Below, in pieces: positions 11,949 through 24,201 of a stretch of DNA of 48,554 bases. Source of the DNA: Saprolegnia diclina VS20. Lineage: Eukaryota. The position numbers and the translations under genes were made by a program. The DNA lies in assembly GCF_000281045.1 (NCBI RefSeq), contig NW_008246121.1, positions 82,696 through 131,249 of the forward strand, written 5' to 3'. The first letter of the stretch is position 1. Every line of letters starts with the position of its first letter. Under the pieces are notes generated by a model. That model was not told the DNA's origin. It did no database searches and was given only the letters and a program-made list of their open reading frames with translations.

Positions 11949-14239
11949 TCAAGCAGTTTTAGCGAGGAACGCACTCGAGATGGCTTCGAGGGCTAACAAA
12001 CTCGCCTGCTGCTCGGCCTTGATGACTTGCTCCAGGCCAGCGACTTTAGTCTCGAGCTCCTGAACGCGTCGGGCGAGAGCCACGCGGTCCGTCTCCATAT
12101 AGTCCTATACACTGGTTGTATTCGAGGTCTTGTGAAGCGACTATGGAGGAGCACCTGCCACTGGCGAAACTGAACGTTCTGAGCGCGCTCCATCTCGGCT
12201 TTCCACGCCTCCAGCGCTGCATCAGGTGACGACGACCGCGGCAGCAAATCTACAAGCGCCTCATTACTTCACTGCAATAAGTATCGCCAGGCGTACAGAG
12301 CGCCGAGGCTTCGAGGTCCGGCGGCGGTCGACGTGGTGTTCCTACAACGGCGTGACGGCCGTCGACGGACAAAGGCACGTACGCAGCTCGGCGTTCATGG
12401 CGGCGATCCGGTCCGTGAGCTGGTCGAGGCGGGCCTATCCGTTGTTGGAATCGAGAAGGACCCACGCAGTATACGTACGTCGACCCGGGGCACGTGGCGT
12501 TCAAGGGCGTCGACCTTGACGCGCACGTCGTGCAAGCCAGCGTCCACCTGCGTAGCTCGTGAGATCAATCGTAGCAATGCAGTCGTACGACGCAGCGCTG
12601 CTCGTGGCGCTCCATAAATTCCGTCATGTTGGTCTCGAGGACGCTCGTCATGGTCGCGACCGTTTGCCGGACAATCCCCTCGACCTAAACAACGCAAAGT
12701 CTCTCAGTACGATGGCAGACGTCCGCGGAAGACGGACGTCGGGGGCACTTGTCGTGCTCGCGCGGCTCATGGGCGAGCTCAAAGCGACGTCCTCGTCGAC
12801 TGTCTCGTCCGTCACCACCGGAATGGTCACGGCGACTTTCGGGACGATCGCCGGAGAGATGATGCACTCAATGTCGGGCCGGACGCTTCCAATGCACTCC
12901 TATGCCCTGTGTCAATATACGCTTTGTCTGTTGCGCCTACAAGCAGCTCGGAGAGCACGACGCGTGTCTTCGCATCTTCGATCGAGTTGTCTTCGCCCAG
13001 TCGCAGCTCCTTGAGCGTTGTCTGCGGATTGTGCTCGATGGCCTGCTTGAGCGCTTGCAGGCCGTCCACCGTCAAGCAGCAGTTCTAAAGCCAGAGTACG
13101 CCCACCCTTCTCGCAGGAAGCACGGATGTCCACCTCAATGTTGAGGCCCGTGAGCGACTCGCCGACACGAGTGGTCGACGACGAGATGACGTGTGCCATG
13201 GTCTCGAACCCCGCGGCCGTGATCGGGTTGTAGCTACATGCAACAATGCACACGTCATTTCGAGGTCGTCGTACGAGATGTCGAGCGAGCAAAGGTGCGA
13301 CGGCCGGCGCACCGAGAGCTCGTGGACCGACCTAACGACGCGTGTGTTGTCGGGACGTCCCAAGCAAGTGCAATGATTACGTGATTTTGTTGTGGCTCAC
13401 GTTGAGGTGGCGGACTCCAATCCCAAGAACTGACGCAAAGCCGGCGTTCGAGATGCCGTTGTCTCGCAGGTCCAAGAGCTCGAGCGTACCGAGCGGCTTT
13501 CTACACGCTCATGAGAAGAGACACATTGGTGCCACGTACGCACCGGCGGTGGCTCTTCTTATGCGGGTCAAATGCGTCAGCGATGGCACGGACGCCACCG
13601 TCGCCAAGGTTGTTGTGGCTGAGGACGAGGCTGAGAAGGTGCTCGCAGGACGCGAGGCTCTGTCCCAGAATGAGCCCCGCTACGTCGCTTGTGTCAATAT
13701 CACGGAAGTAACGCGAATTCGTCTCGTACCTTGGCGGGGAAGCTTGCACGACGTGAGATGAAGCACCTCGACGCGGTCGCAGAGCCCCGTGAGCGTCATG
13801 AGCGACGTCATGCTCAAATCGCGGCAGCCGTCGAGCCGCAGCTCGCGAAGTGACGCAGTGTCTCGGAAGCAGCGCGCCAAGACGGGAACGACCCCCTCGG
13901 CAAAGACGCACTTGAGGAAGGCCACCGAGACGAGCGAGAGCATTGGCATGGCTAGTACGCAGCAGCCACACAATAGGATGACGCACCATCTTCAACACGT
14001 ACCATGGAGCGTCGTCGCCAACTTCTCGGTCGCATATTGGTCGAGCTCACAGTCGCGCAGCTCGAGGGCGTGAAAGGTGGGGTACTGGACACTCGCAAAG
14101 GCCTTGGCGACAGCAGCAATCGTCGCATGACTCTACGTATAACTCGAAAAAACAAGCTCATCTCGGCGCGCCAGACCAGGTGACGGATCCAGCAAGTGGC
14201 TCCGTCGGCGGTGATGCCAACGCTCTCCCCGGGCGACAT
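11949..14239 (-). CDS. RNI-like leucine-rich-repeat protein with a C-terminal coiled coil; multi-exon
   Basis: Spliced reading MSPGESVGITADGATCWIRHL|SHATIAAVAK...LELRDCELD...LRELRLDGC...LVLSHNNLGDGGVRAIA...LDLRDNGISNAG...LKELRLGEDNSI, ending ...RRVQELETKVAGLEQVIKAEQQASLLALEAISSAFLAKTA* at 11949. Confidence 0.7.
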
Positions 14240-14399
14240 GTCTGCTTTGATGGCAGCTTCGAAGCACTGTCAAATCTTCGATAATCGAACTTTTGTGTGG
14301 CGTTGCGTGCTGCCACGTCATGAAATGCCACAGCAAAGTTAAAACGACGATGCGACCTCGTCGATATGTTTGTTGTTGCAGTTAGTATGCTAATACGAC

Positions 14400-16082
14400 T
14401 TACAACCACTCGGACGTCGACTCGCGGAGTGCGAGCGCCGACGGGCGGTTCTCCTCCATGGCGGCGACGCTGTTGCGACGGGGCGACGACGTGTTGACGG
14501 GGAACGTGGCTTCGATCGGGCGCGTCGTGCCGGTCGCGGGCGTGAAGAGATCGTCCTTCTCTTCCATTGCCTGCTTGCGGCGGTAGACGACAAACACCAC
14601 AGCCGCCACGCACGCGAGACCACCGACGGCCGACAAGGTGGCCGTCACACCGACAGTCGCGTCGCTCGAGCCCGACGACTGGTTGCTGACTTCAACACCC
14701 GAGTCCTTGCCCGTGGCCGTGGCGGGGGCACCACCCGCCGCAGGGACCACACCGGCCTCCGGTACTGCGCCGGGCACAGTCTCGTCGCTGGAACCAGGGA
14801 GCACGTTCGTGCTCTCAAGGACACCCGACTCGGAGATCGTAACGTTGAGCGCACCGGCCTGCGACCCGCTAAAGACCGGGGCGGCTTCGCCTTCGTGGAG
14901 CTCCGTGGCGTTGCCAAGTGTCGTGTTGTGCGAAGGTTCGAGAGTCGAGGGGGCAGGCGTCGTCGCGTTTGTCGGCGACGGCGTCGGTTCCTTCGTCGGT
15001 TCCTTCGTCGGCTCGCTCGTCGTCGGCTCCGGAGTCGGGGCAGGCGTCGGCGCGGGGGTCGGGGTGGGCGTCGGTGCAGGCGTAGGAGCAGGTGTCGGGG
15101 CAGGCGTAGGAGCCGGCGTAGGAGCCGGTGTCGGCGCAGGAGTCGGCGATGGCATGTTGAACTTCCACTTGCCGTTCGAGTCGGCGAGGCCAAAGTGACC
15201 TTCGAAGCCGCCCTTGATCGTGACGTCGTGGAACTGAAAGTAGAACGGGGCGCCGCCGCCGTTGCTCTGGGACCACGTGGCGTACGCCTGGTAGTAGCTC
15301 AGCGCGTTGTCGTAGTTGGAGACGTGGTTGCCGTTGTTGCCGCCAGCGGTGGGCCACCCCGTTTCGGTGAGCTTGGCCTTCCCGCCGTACGCATTGACGA
15401 CGTTGTTCCAGCGGGCGCTGAGGTCCGACACCGGGTTGCTCACCGAGTTGGAGGATGCGCCAAAGAACGGGTAGATGTTGACACCGACAATGTCGCACAC
15501 GGCCGCGAGCGACGGCGCGTTCAGAAAGTCGCCGTCGACCTGGACCGACCCGACGGGCACGTTGACGCCCGCAGACTGGAGCTTGTTCTTGACGTACGTC
15601 ACTTGGGCCGCGACCTGGCCCGCGCTCCAGCCGTTGCTCAAGTCTTCGTTGCCGACGGTGACGCCAATGACAGTGCCCGGGTTGGCCTGGACGCCCGAGA
15701 TGATGGACTGGATGTCGTTGTCGATCTGGCCTTGGCCCGACCGGAGCCAGACGCCAGCCATGAGCTTGAGGCCCGCCTTGGCGGCGACGCCGATCGGGTT
15801 GGGCGACGACCCGACGTACGTCTGGTACATGCGCACGGCCGAGAATTGCGACTTAATCGTCGCAAAGTGCGACGGCATTTGGTCGATCTGGTAAATGTCG
15901 TAGCAGACGCCGCCGTTGGCGTTGGCCATGCCGGTCGTCGTCTTGTTGGTCGCGACGCCGTCGGGGTTGGAGGACGCGACGACCGCAATGACCGCGCCGA
16001 CAAGAGCAAAGACCGAGAGCGCGCCGAGGATCTTGCGGTACTTCTGCGGCGGCAGAGGCACGTTGGAAGGGAACGACACCAT
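14400..16082 (-). CDS. Glycoside hydrolase family 17 beta-1,3-glucanase/glucanosyltransferase with Pro/Thr linker and C-terminal transmembrane helix; intronless
   Basis: GVCY, VTVGNE (acid/base), [17 protein letters not shown] (nucleophile) and EGHFGL motifs are present. There is an N-terminal hydrophobic helix, a (PTPA)n linker and a C-terminal [17 protein letters not shown] followed by RRK. ATG at 16082 is chosen; the ORF-track start is not an ATG. Confidence 0.9.
   Translation of the reverse strand: MVSFPSNVPLPPQKYRKILGALSVFALVGAVIAVVASSNPDGVATNKTTTGMANANGGVCYDIYQIDQMPSHFATIKSQFSAVRMYQTYVGSSPNPIGVAAKAGLKLMAGVWLRSGQGQIDNDIQSIISGVQANPGTVIGVTVGNEDLSNGWSAGQVAAQVTYVKNKLQSAGVNVPVGSVQVDGDFLNAPSLAAVCDIVGVNIYPFFGASSNSVSNPVSDLSARWNNVVNAYGGKAKLTETGWPTAGGNNGNHVSNYDNALSYYQAYATWSQSNGGGAPFYFQFHDVTIKGGFEGHFGLADSNGKWKFNMPSPTPAPTPAPTPAPTPAPTPAPTPAPTPTPTPAPTPAPTPEPTTSEPTKEPTKEPTPSPTNATTPAPSTLEPSHNTTLGNATELHEGEAAPVFSGSQAGALNVTISESGVLESTNVLPGSSDETVPGAVPEAGVVPAAGGAPATATGKDSGVEVSNQSSGSSDATVGVTATLSAVGGLACVAAVVFVVYRRKQAMEEKDDLFTPATGTTRPIEATFPVNTSSPRRNSVAAMEENRPSALALRESTSEWL
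15031..15153 (-). repeat. Degenerate 12-bp tandem repeat encoding the (PTPA)n linker
   Basis: Translation [41 protein letters not shown], with synonymous variation between units. Confidence 0.85.
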
Positions 16083-17112
16083 GGTCGTTAGGGTTTCGCT
16101 TTGGAAATGACGTCGAGAGGCGGCGGCCACGCTGTGATAAGTCACACTTGTATGCTGCGTAACTCACTCCCGCGCTGTAGAAGCTGCTCCGGCCGTGGGC
16201 ATTTCATGCGATTCCTGTGGGTCATTGGGTATTTCCTGTTTGTCCCAATTGGATCTGGCCCTGTCAAGGTAGAAATTGTTTGGGACAAAGCTAGTATAAC
16301 CCACATGAAAATGGGGTTTTCAATTCCCATGCAGGATGGACATGTGTAATATCGTACAGTGCTGTAGAGGCTGCGACATGCACCTCTGAATCTGATGCGA
16401 CTCACCGCTTCTACAATCGTCCCAAGCTCTCGTCCAGCACTCGTGTCGTTGCCGCCAGTCTGCTGCAGCACCAAATATGTTGGTATCGAAATGCCAGGTC
16501 AATACCAAATGCCCGGATATCTACGCTTCTAGGATCGGACGACCGTGGGGGCTACCGTAGCTGCTACCGAGTACTAGTACTGTAGTGTCTGTGCACGTTC
16601 ATTGTTGTATCGTGGGTACGGCACGGAGTCAAATTTGGCGCCGTACCCTGCAGCAACGGGTGCGTGCCGGCATAAAACCGGCGGTATACACACACGACAC
16701 GGTGCCACGTCAGAGGCACCAACGCTACTGCGGTCAACCCAAATTGCCGTCGACTGGCGCGCCATCGATGGCCATTGCAGTACTAGTAGAGTACTTCCCC
16801 GCGCTCGTTTGCAATTGAAGCCAACTCGCTCTTTGCTGCCTGCGCGCTATCGCTCAAGCTTTGTTCACTTGATCCTTCGCGACGGCAGCGGGTTGTGTTG
16901 AGAGAACGTAGTACAGACTTTGTTACGCGCTCGGATTACATCTTTGGACATTCAGTTGTGGCGCGAAATCAAAGGACATTATTGGTCGTTCGACATTCTA
17001 GTCGAGTAGTTAGCTGTCTTCTAGTATCGGAAAAGGGCGAGGGACGTTGGCGCCACGATTGGTTTGCTAAATTAAGCGGCCGTTCGCGCGCAGCAGCAAT
17101 TTACTTTGCATC

Positions 17113-17740
17113 ATGGCCGACGCCAAGCGAGCGGTCGTCAAGACGGACGAGGTCTCGCGCAACCAGATCTGGCGCGAGCACCTCAAGAAGGAGCTGCTCA
17201 CCGAGGGACCGTCGACGGCCTTTCAGTTCAACCCCAAGACGTGTACTCACCTTTCTAGTCTTCAATCGCCTGTCTCATGCGATACCGCAGTGAGCTCCGT
17301 CGCGCCCAAGCCCACGTCCATGAAGCCATCGGATTTCACAGCGGCCGACGCCAACAACGCGACGCCGCCCAACGAGATTGGTAATTCCTACGGCAGCTCA
17401 CACTAGACCTTACGCCAGTGCAGAAACCAAGGTGCGCCAAGGCATCAAGAACCCGCAAGAGCGGTCGGACGTGCCGTGCACGGAAGCCCAAAAGATTGGG
17501 TACGAGGAGCGCTCTTCCCCTAACCTCGTTCCGATGCGCCGGTCAGGTGGGCCCATGACCAGGCCTGGAAGAACGGTCGCGCCGAGACCAACAAGCGCTG
17601 GTACCGCGGCCGTGGCAGGTAAGTCCCCGTGTCATCGCTACGTCTAAAGACGCGTATGCAGCACGGACGTGACAGTATTTGCGGAAAACTACTGCGCCAT
17701 GGCCGGCTGCAGTCCATTCGCAGACAAGTCGACGCGTTAA
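17113..17740 (+). CDS. FAM183/CFAP144-like ciliary microtubule protein; multi-exon
   Basis: MADAKRAVVKTDEVSRNQIWREHLKKE...FQFNPKT, then KNPQERSDVPCTEAQKIG|W and ...DVTVFAENYCAMAGCSPFADKSTR*. The NxIxxExxxKE and PxTEAQxIGW motifs are recalled from the FAM183 family. Confidence 0.65.
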
Positions 17741-17896
17741 TTCATCAACAACATGTAGTTAGTCGACGAACGAGTCTGTCTTGTAATATATATAAATGCA
17801 GAAGGTATGGAGGGTCCTGGACCGGGGTATATAAGTGTCTACTACTACGCCTACTAGGGTATATGGTTATCCCGCGGGATTCTTGTCGCGCGCGCG

Positions 17897-19787
17897 TCAT
17901 GCATCGTCCGACGACGTCACGACCGGCGGGAGTGCGCTGAGCTGTGTTGCGCTGGGTGTCTTGAGCAGCTGCGGAAGCATGCTCAGCGTCGGGAGCGCTT
18001 CGGGCTCAAAGCCATTGGCCGCAGACTGCTCGTCGTAGGCCGCCAACTGGTTCTTGAGCTCTTGGATGTGCTGGAGAATGCCCCGTCGGTGACCCTTCTT
18101 GACGTTCATCTCGATCAAATCATCCTCGTCCATGGTCGCGACGCCCCGCAGCGTGTCAAAGCCGTCGCTCTCAAAGCTGTCCGTGTACTCGCCGAGCTCG
18201 AGCTGCTGCAGCCAGTTGCGCACCGACCCAATGTCTACCGCCGCATGTTCATCATTGTCTGCATACGGCACTGGTACCTCGGTTCTGCACGGGGGTTTTG
18301 GGCTTCTCGGGGGCCAAGTACTCGGCGTTGCCCTTCTCCCACGCCTACGCCATGCAAGTTAAACAGTGTTTCGTGCAAGTCGTAGTAGTACCTGGAGCTG
18401 GGCGGCGAGCGCGCTATGGCCGCCTTCAAACGCGCAGCGCGATGGCGTCTTGTCCGTCTAGAGGTCCGACAATGAGGGTCCACCGAGAGTATTCCGCAGG
18501 TGTACCAGCGTGAGCGTCTTCCACTGGGTCGAGTCCCGCAGGTTCTTGATGAGCCAGAACGCGCAGTCTTTATGGCCTTTGAGCGCCGCCCAATGCAGCG
18601 CGTTGCGGCCAAACTAGAGTCCAAACACTGTTTGCCGACGTGATCCATCCGCGATCGGCACGTACCTTGTCGACTTCGGTCCACTCGTCAAAGCTCTCGG
18701 CCACCAGGCGCAAGCTCGAGAGGTGGCCCGTGCTCGCAGCCCAGTGCATGGCATTCTTCCCATTCTACGAACACTAGGTTCTTAGTCCATTCGAAAGAAA
18801 CGTCTACCTTGTCCCGAAGATGGCGCAGCGGGTACGCGCCGTTGACGTCGGCGATGACGCGCTTGATCGTATCGTCGTCGCCTTCCTCGGCGGCGTGGAT
18901 CAAGAGCTGCTCGCCGCTTGCGGTTATGTGCATGATGCAAAGAAGGTTTGTACCTGGGACGTCTCGTACCATGCCTTGAGGAATTGCATGCACTTGGTCT
19001 TGTACTTGTCCCTCGCGAGCTGGTACGCGGTGCGGTTGTCCTACGGGACCTGAGCGTCGAGGTGCAAAGCCCAAGCAACGTACGTAGCTCGTGACGTGGA
19101 TGTCGATGCCGGCCATGCAGAGGTACTGGACCACCTCCTTTCGGCCTTTGGACGCGGCCCAGTGCAAGCACGTGCCCCCGTACTAGAAGCCGAACGCGCT
19201 CTCAGATGCGAATACCAAGCACTCAACGAACCTCGTCGATCGCGTTGATGTCGATGTGGTCGTCGCAGTCTTCGACAATGTAGCGGATGACGTCCAAGTG
19301 CCCGTTCAGCGCCGCTGCAATGTGCGGGAGGCGGCCAAACTACGATGCATATAAGTCACATTGCAGTGTGGGTTGTCGCACCTTGTCCTTGGCGTCAAGC
19401 TGCACACCGTGCTCGACGAGGATCTGGACGACTTCAAGGTGGCCGTAGAAGGCGGCGTAGTGAAGCGCTGTCTGGTCGCCCTAGTGAGCCGCCTTGGCAT
19501 GAGATGCCTTCTCAATGAGCGCGTGGGCGTACATCGTCGACCACCGACGGGTCGATCTGCGGCGAATGCAAGAGCCACTGCACGACTTCGAGCTGGCCTG
19601 AGGCCGCGGCGGCGTGCAGCGGCGTGCACCCGTTCTAGGATGCATGAGCCGGCGGCGCTACAGCGGTACGTACCATGTTGCGGTAGTTGACGTCGACCGC
19701 AATGTCCTGGACGAGGTAGACGACCTCCTGCAGCTTGCCGCGGTGGGCCTTCCGGATGAGGATGTCGCCCGTCGTGTAGCGCTGCAT
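17897..19787 (-). CDS. Ankyrin-repeat protein with a C-terminal SAM domain; ~12 exons
   Basis: Starts MQRYTTGDILIRKAHRG and has exons such as NGCTPLHAAAASGQLEVVQWLL, GDQTALHYAAFYGHLEVVQILV and YGGTCLHWAASKGRKEVV. It splices into a SAM domain, VRNWLQQLELGEYTDSFESDGFD...DEDDLIEMNVKKGHRRGIL. Confidence 0.85.
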
Positions 19788-20024
19788 GCTCCGTGACGAT
19801 CCGACTGTGGCTGCCCACTAGCTCTGCCTCGACATATCATATCTGAGAGGTTTATTAATTTACGCTACGCGAGAAAACCGCGCGACCGTCGGGTGTTTTT
19901 ATGTCGATGCCGCATTGCCTTACCAATCAGTATCGGAAATATATTCATTTTCACAGGATATACGGGCCAACGGTATTTCGAACCCACCAGCAACGGTCGC
20001 ATCAGAGACACACACGACGGACGA

Positions 20025-21521
20025 CTACATGGCCGTCGTCGTTGTCGCCGTTGATGGCGGTGCCACATCCCCAGCACGGAGCGCCGTGTCTTCCCACTCC
20101 TACGCACGTCGCATAGGCATCGCAGTGAACGCAACGACGACTACCTGCAGCTGCGCAGCGAGGGCCGTGTGCCCCGCGTCCAAGGCGCAGCGCGCCGGCG
20201 TCTTGTTGGTCTATCGCTGCGTCAGTGCCATCGATGCAGCGCAGTGTACGTACGAGCGACGGCACCATGAGCGTCTTGCGTTCACCGACGTGGTGCTGCG
20301 TGAGCCAGAACGCGCACTCGGCGTGGCCACCCAGCGCTGCCCAGTGCAGCGCATTGCGCCCAAACTAGCGCGACGCGCTGACGCCACATCCATCGTGCAG
20401 AGCAAGAACGCACCTTGTCGAGGTCGGTCCACGAGTCGAAATTTTCCGCGAGGATGCGCAAGGTCGGGAGGCGTCCCGCGCTTGCGGCCCAGTGCATCGC
20501 GTGTCGCCCGTTCTATGCACCGTGCGGACGCGGCGATGCGCCATCGTGACGTACCTTGTCTTTGAGAAAGCGGAGCGGGTAAGCGCCTGCGACGTCGTGG
20601 ATGACACGCTTGACCTCGTCGTCGTTGCCCGTCTCGGCGGCTTGCAGCAGTCGCTACGCCGAGCGTCCGCGTAGAGTCGTCGGGCTGGGAGCCTACCTGC
20701 GCGACCTCAAACCAGCGCTTGATGACGTTTTGGCACTTGGGCTGCCCCTTGTCCTTGGCCAACTGGTACGCCGTGCGATTGTCCTACGACGCACAAAGTC
20801 ACATCACAAATTACGATCGGACGTACGTAGCTCGTCACGTGGGCGTCGACGCCGGCGTGGAGCAGGAACTCGACGACGTCGCGCCGACCGTGGGCCGCGG
20901 CCCAGTGCAGACACGTCGCGCCATACTAAAGCGCCGTAAGTAGGATGATACGAGCTTCGCCCACCTCGTCAATCGTGTTGCGCTCGATCGGCAGCGGACA
21001 GTCGTGCAGGAGGAAGCGGACGACGTCCACGTGGCCGTTGATCGCGGCGCCGACGTGCGGCAACCGCCCCGTCTACCGCGCCTTGCATCGCATCGACAAA
21101 GGACTGGCAGTCTCTACCTTGTCCTTGATGTGCAAGGGCACACAGTGGTCCAAGAGCACTTGCACGATGGGCAAGTGGCCGTAAAAGGCGGCGTAATGAA
21201 TCGCGCTTTGGGCGTTCTGGGAGAGCAATATATGAGCGCGAGAATGGGCAACGGCGCGTACGTGGTCGAGGAGGTTGGGGCGGATGCCTTGGTACGAGAG
21301 GAGCCACTTGACGACGTCGAGCTGGCCGGCGGCCGCGGCCATGTGCAGCGCTGTGCAGCCCGTCTAGCGTTATGGTGGCCGACGATCGAAGGCCGATGCG
21401 AGCGTACCTCGTCGCGGTAGTTGACGTCGACGTACACCTCCTGGACGAGGTACTTGACCTCTTGCAGCTGGCCGCGGTGGGCCTTCCGAAGGAGCACGTC
21501 GCCCGTCGTGTAGCGGAGCAT
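20025..21521 (-). CDS. Ankyrin-repeat protein, tandem paralog of 17897-19787, without SAM domain
   Basis: Starts MLRYTTGDVLLRKAHRG, with exon-by-exon homology to the neighbouring gene (HYAAFYGHL, CLHWAA, DNRTAYQLA, FGRNALHWAAL). The last exon EWEDTALRAGDVAPPSTATTTTAM* ends at 20025. Confidence 0.8.
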
Positions 21522-21826
21522 GGAGTTATTCACTTGTAGAGGTTTCCGCGCCAATCGTATGAAATTATAGAGGTCATCACAATTGACGTGGCAGAGGCAG
21601 CGACCAGCACGCAGCCAGCACGAGAACAGCACGGATGGATGAGCCTGAGCTGCAGGTGGCCGACTGTGGCCGACGCTCTTGAGTATGCATCCGACTTGCA
21701 AGCTCCCTATCGCCGCCCCGTTCCGACTCGACCAGCTGCCCCTGGCGTTCAGTGATGTCCTTGATGCGTGTAACAAGAGTCTATACCTCGCACACGTGGC
21801 GCCGGGTGGTGACAATTCGTTTGGCC

Positions 21827-24133
21827 ATGCTCGAGTCGCTTCCGCCGTTGGTGTGGGCGGCCCACCTCGCACCGTGTTTGGCGCTGCCCGAGGTACTCAC
21901 CTGCGCGAGCTTGAGCAAGGCGCTGCGTCGCACACTCCACGACGACGTGACGTTGTCCCATCCCGTCGAGCTCGCCGCTTCAATCGAAGAGCTCACAGCG
22001 GTGCTGCACCAATGGCCGAACCTGCGCCACGTGTGCTTCAAGCCGTTTATCCGCTTTCAAGCTCCGTACAACGAGTCCATCTACAATCTTCACCGCACCG
22101 AGGTATGTTCGCCCCATTCGACGGTCAACAACAGCGTCTCGCGTCGCAGGCGCCCGAAGAAGAGCTCGACATCGAGGCCCGCATCGACGGACTGGTGCAA
22201 AACGCGCTCACCCAGAGTGCACGCATGACGCGTCTCAACGCTGCGTTGGCCGAGTCCCTTGACACCGTCGTCGACCAGCTCCATACGCTCGACCTCAGCG
22301 GCACGATTGGCGTCCAGCTCTTTCCAGGTAAACTTCACTCGCGCTGTTGGTGCTCATGCGACGCGCACTCGAGGTCTACACCGCCTCGCGCACGTCAACC
22401 TCAGCGGCTGCGCGAACATTCGCGGCTTCGAGCACGTGCAGACGCTGCGCTCGATCGATCTCAGCTACTGCCACGGCGTCACGGACGTCCACTGGCTCGC
22501 ACGCGTGGTAACTGCATCATCCGGTGCGGTCGAGTGCAATGATATGCCATACCAGGCGCACGTCGACTTGAGCTACTGCCACAGTCTTCGTGACGTGGCA
22601 CCTCTAGCGCACGCCACATCGGTCTGCCTCAACCTGTGCAAACTCGTGAGGTACGACGACCTCGAAAAGCCACGACGCTGCTCATCGCGACTAGCGACGT
22701 GAACGCCCTCGAGAACGTGCAGACGCTCAGCTTACGCAACTGCCCGCGCATACACGATATCTCGATGCTCGGCCGCGTGCACACTCTCGTCCTGAGCGGC
22801 TGCAAGCTCGTGACCGACGTATCGGCACTCACGCACGTTCATACGTTGCACCTGAGGTACCATTCCGTTATGGAATCTGGGTCTCCATCTCCCCGCAGTG
22901 GGCTCGACGTCTCGGACGTCTCGGCACTCGGCCGCTGCGTCGAGCTGAATCTTCGCAAGTGCCTTAACGTCGTCGACGTCTCTGCCCTCGGTACGACCTC
23001 CTACTCTGCCGCCCAACTAGCTTCTCTTCTACAGGGCGCATCACGCGCTTGGATTTGAGCGGCTGTGCAGGCGTCACCGACGTCGCCGCGCTTGGCCATG
23101 TGCATACCCTCAACCTCTCTGCCTGTACGGTGCTTATGTGCTTGCGCAGAGAGATGCAACCGCAGTGCGTAGGCAGCCATCTCACTGACGTCTCGGCCCT
23201 GCTCCACGTCACCCACTTGACGCTGAGCAACTGCGACGCGCTGGCGGACGTCGCGGCGTTGGGTCGTTCGATGACGCTCCAGTCGCTCGACATATCCAAC
23301 TGCAAGCTCCTCTCCGACATTTCGGCGCTTGGCCAGATCCCAACGCTCAACATAAGCCGCTGCCACGGCGTGACATCGCTGCGGGGCTTGTCGAGCGTCA
23401 CGCACCTCGACATGAGCTTCTGCCGCCACCTCGAGGACCTGACTCCCCTAACGTCGATCCAGGTGCTTGGTCCCACATCCAAGGTCGGACTGTACTATCA
23501 TGCAAGTAGGTGCTCAACGCGTACCGCTGCCCCCGTGTGAAGGACTTGGCGCCGCTGCGGCACGCCCGCAAGGTCAACTTGAGCTGCTGCAAAGGCGTCA
23601 CGGACGTCGGACCGCTGGGTCGTTGTCATGACGTCGATCTGCGTTTCTGTGGCGCGCTTCAGAACGTCTCGCCGCTTGCGAGCGTCCATACGCTCAAGCT
23701 CGCGGGCTGCCAACTCGTGACCGACGTCTCGGCCCTTAGCCGCGTCCAGCACTTGGACCTAAGCTACTGCCACAGCGTCTCAGCCGTCTCCGGCCTCGGA
23801 AATGTGCACTCGCTCAGTTTGCGCAATTGCGCAAGCATCGCCGACGTCGCCGGCCTCGGCGGGTGCTACTCGTTGAACCTCAGCGGCTGCGAACAGGTGT
23901 GTTGACGCACCCGCATCGATATGTGACGTCAGCGCTAGATCACCGACGTGAGCGCGCTCGGCTGCGTGTCCATTCTGAACCTGAGCGACTGTCAAGGCGT
24001 GCGTGACGTCAGCATGCTCCAGCGCGTGCGGTGGCTTGACCTGCGCTTCTGTGCGAATGCGCGTGGCGTCGACGCGCTGAGAGGCCACGTCCGCACGCTC
24101 CACCTCCAAGGCTGTGCCACCAACAAGCCGTAA
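21827..24133 (+). CDS. F-box-like N-terminus plus ~22-aa leucine-rich repeats; multi-exon
   Basis: MLESLPPLVWAAHLAPCLALPEVLTCASLSK is F-box-like and is followed by many repeats of the form DVSALxxVHTLxLSGC. Stop TAA at 24133. Confidence 0.75.
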
Positions 24134-24201
24134 GATACTTGCGTTGCCAGCTGGCACTGGATTTTTCATCAACAACTGTTTTCTGGATCTCTGGGTATCT
24201 T

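Noticed and set aside
17897..18271. Stand-alone SAM protein as listed in the ORF track
   Set aside because: The start is not an ATG and lies in a GT-AG intron. The region splices in frame to the upstream ankyrin exons.
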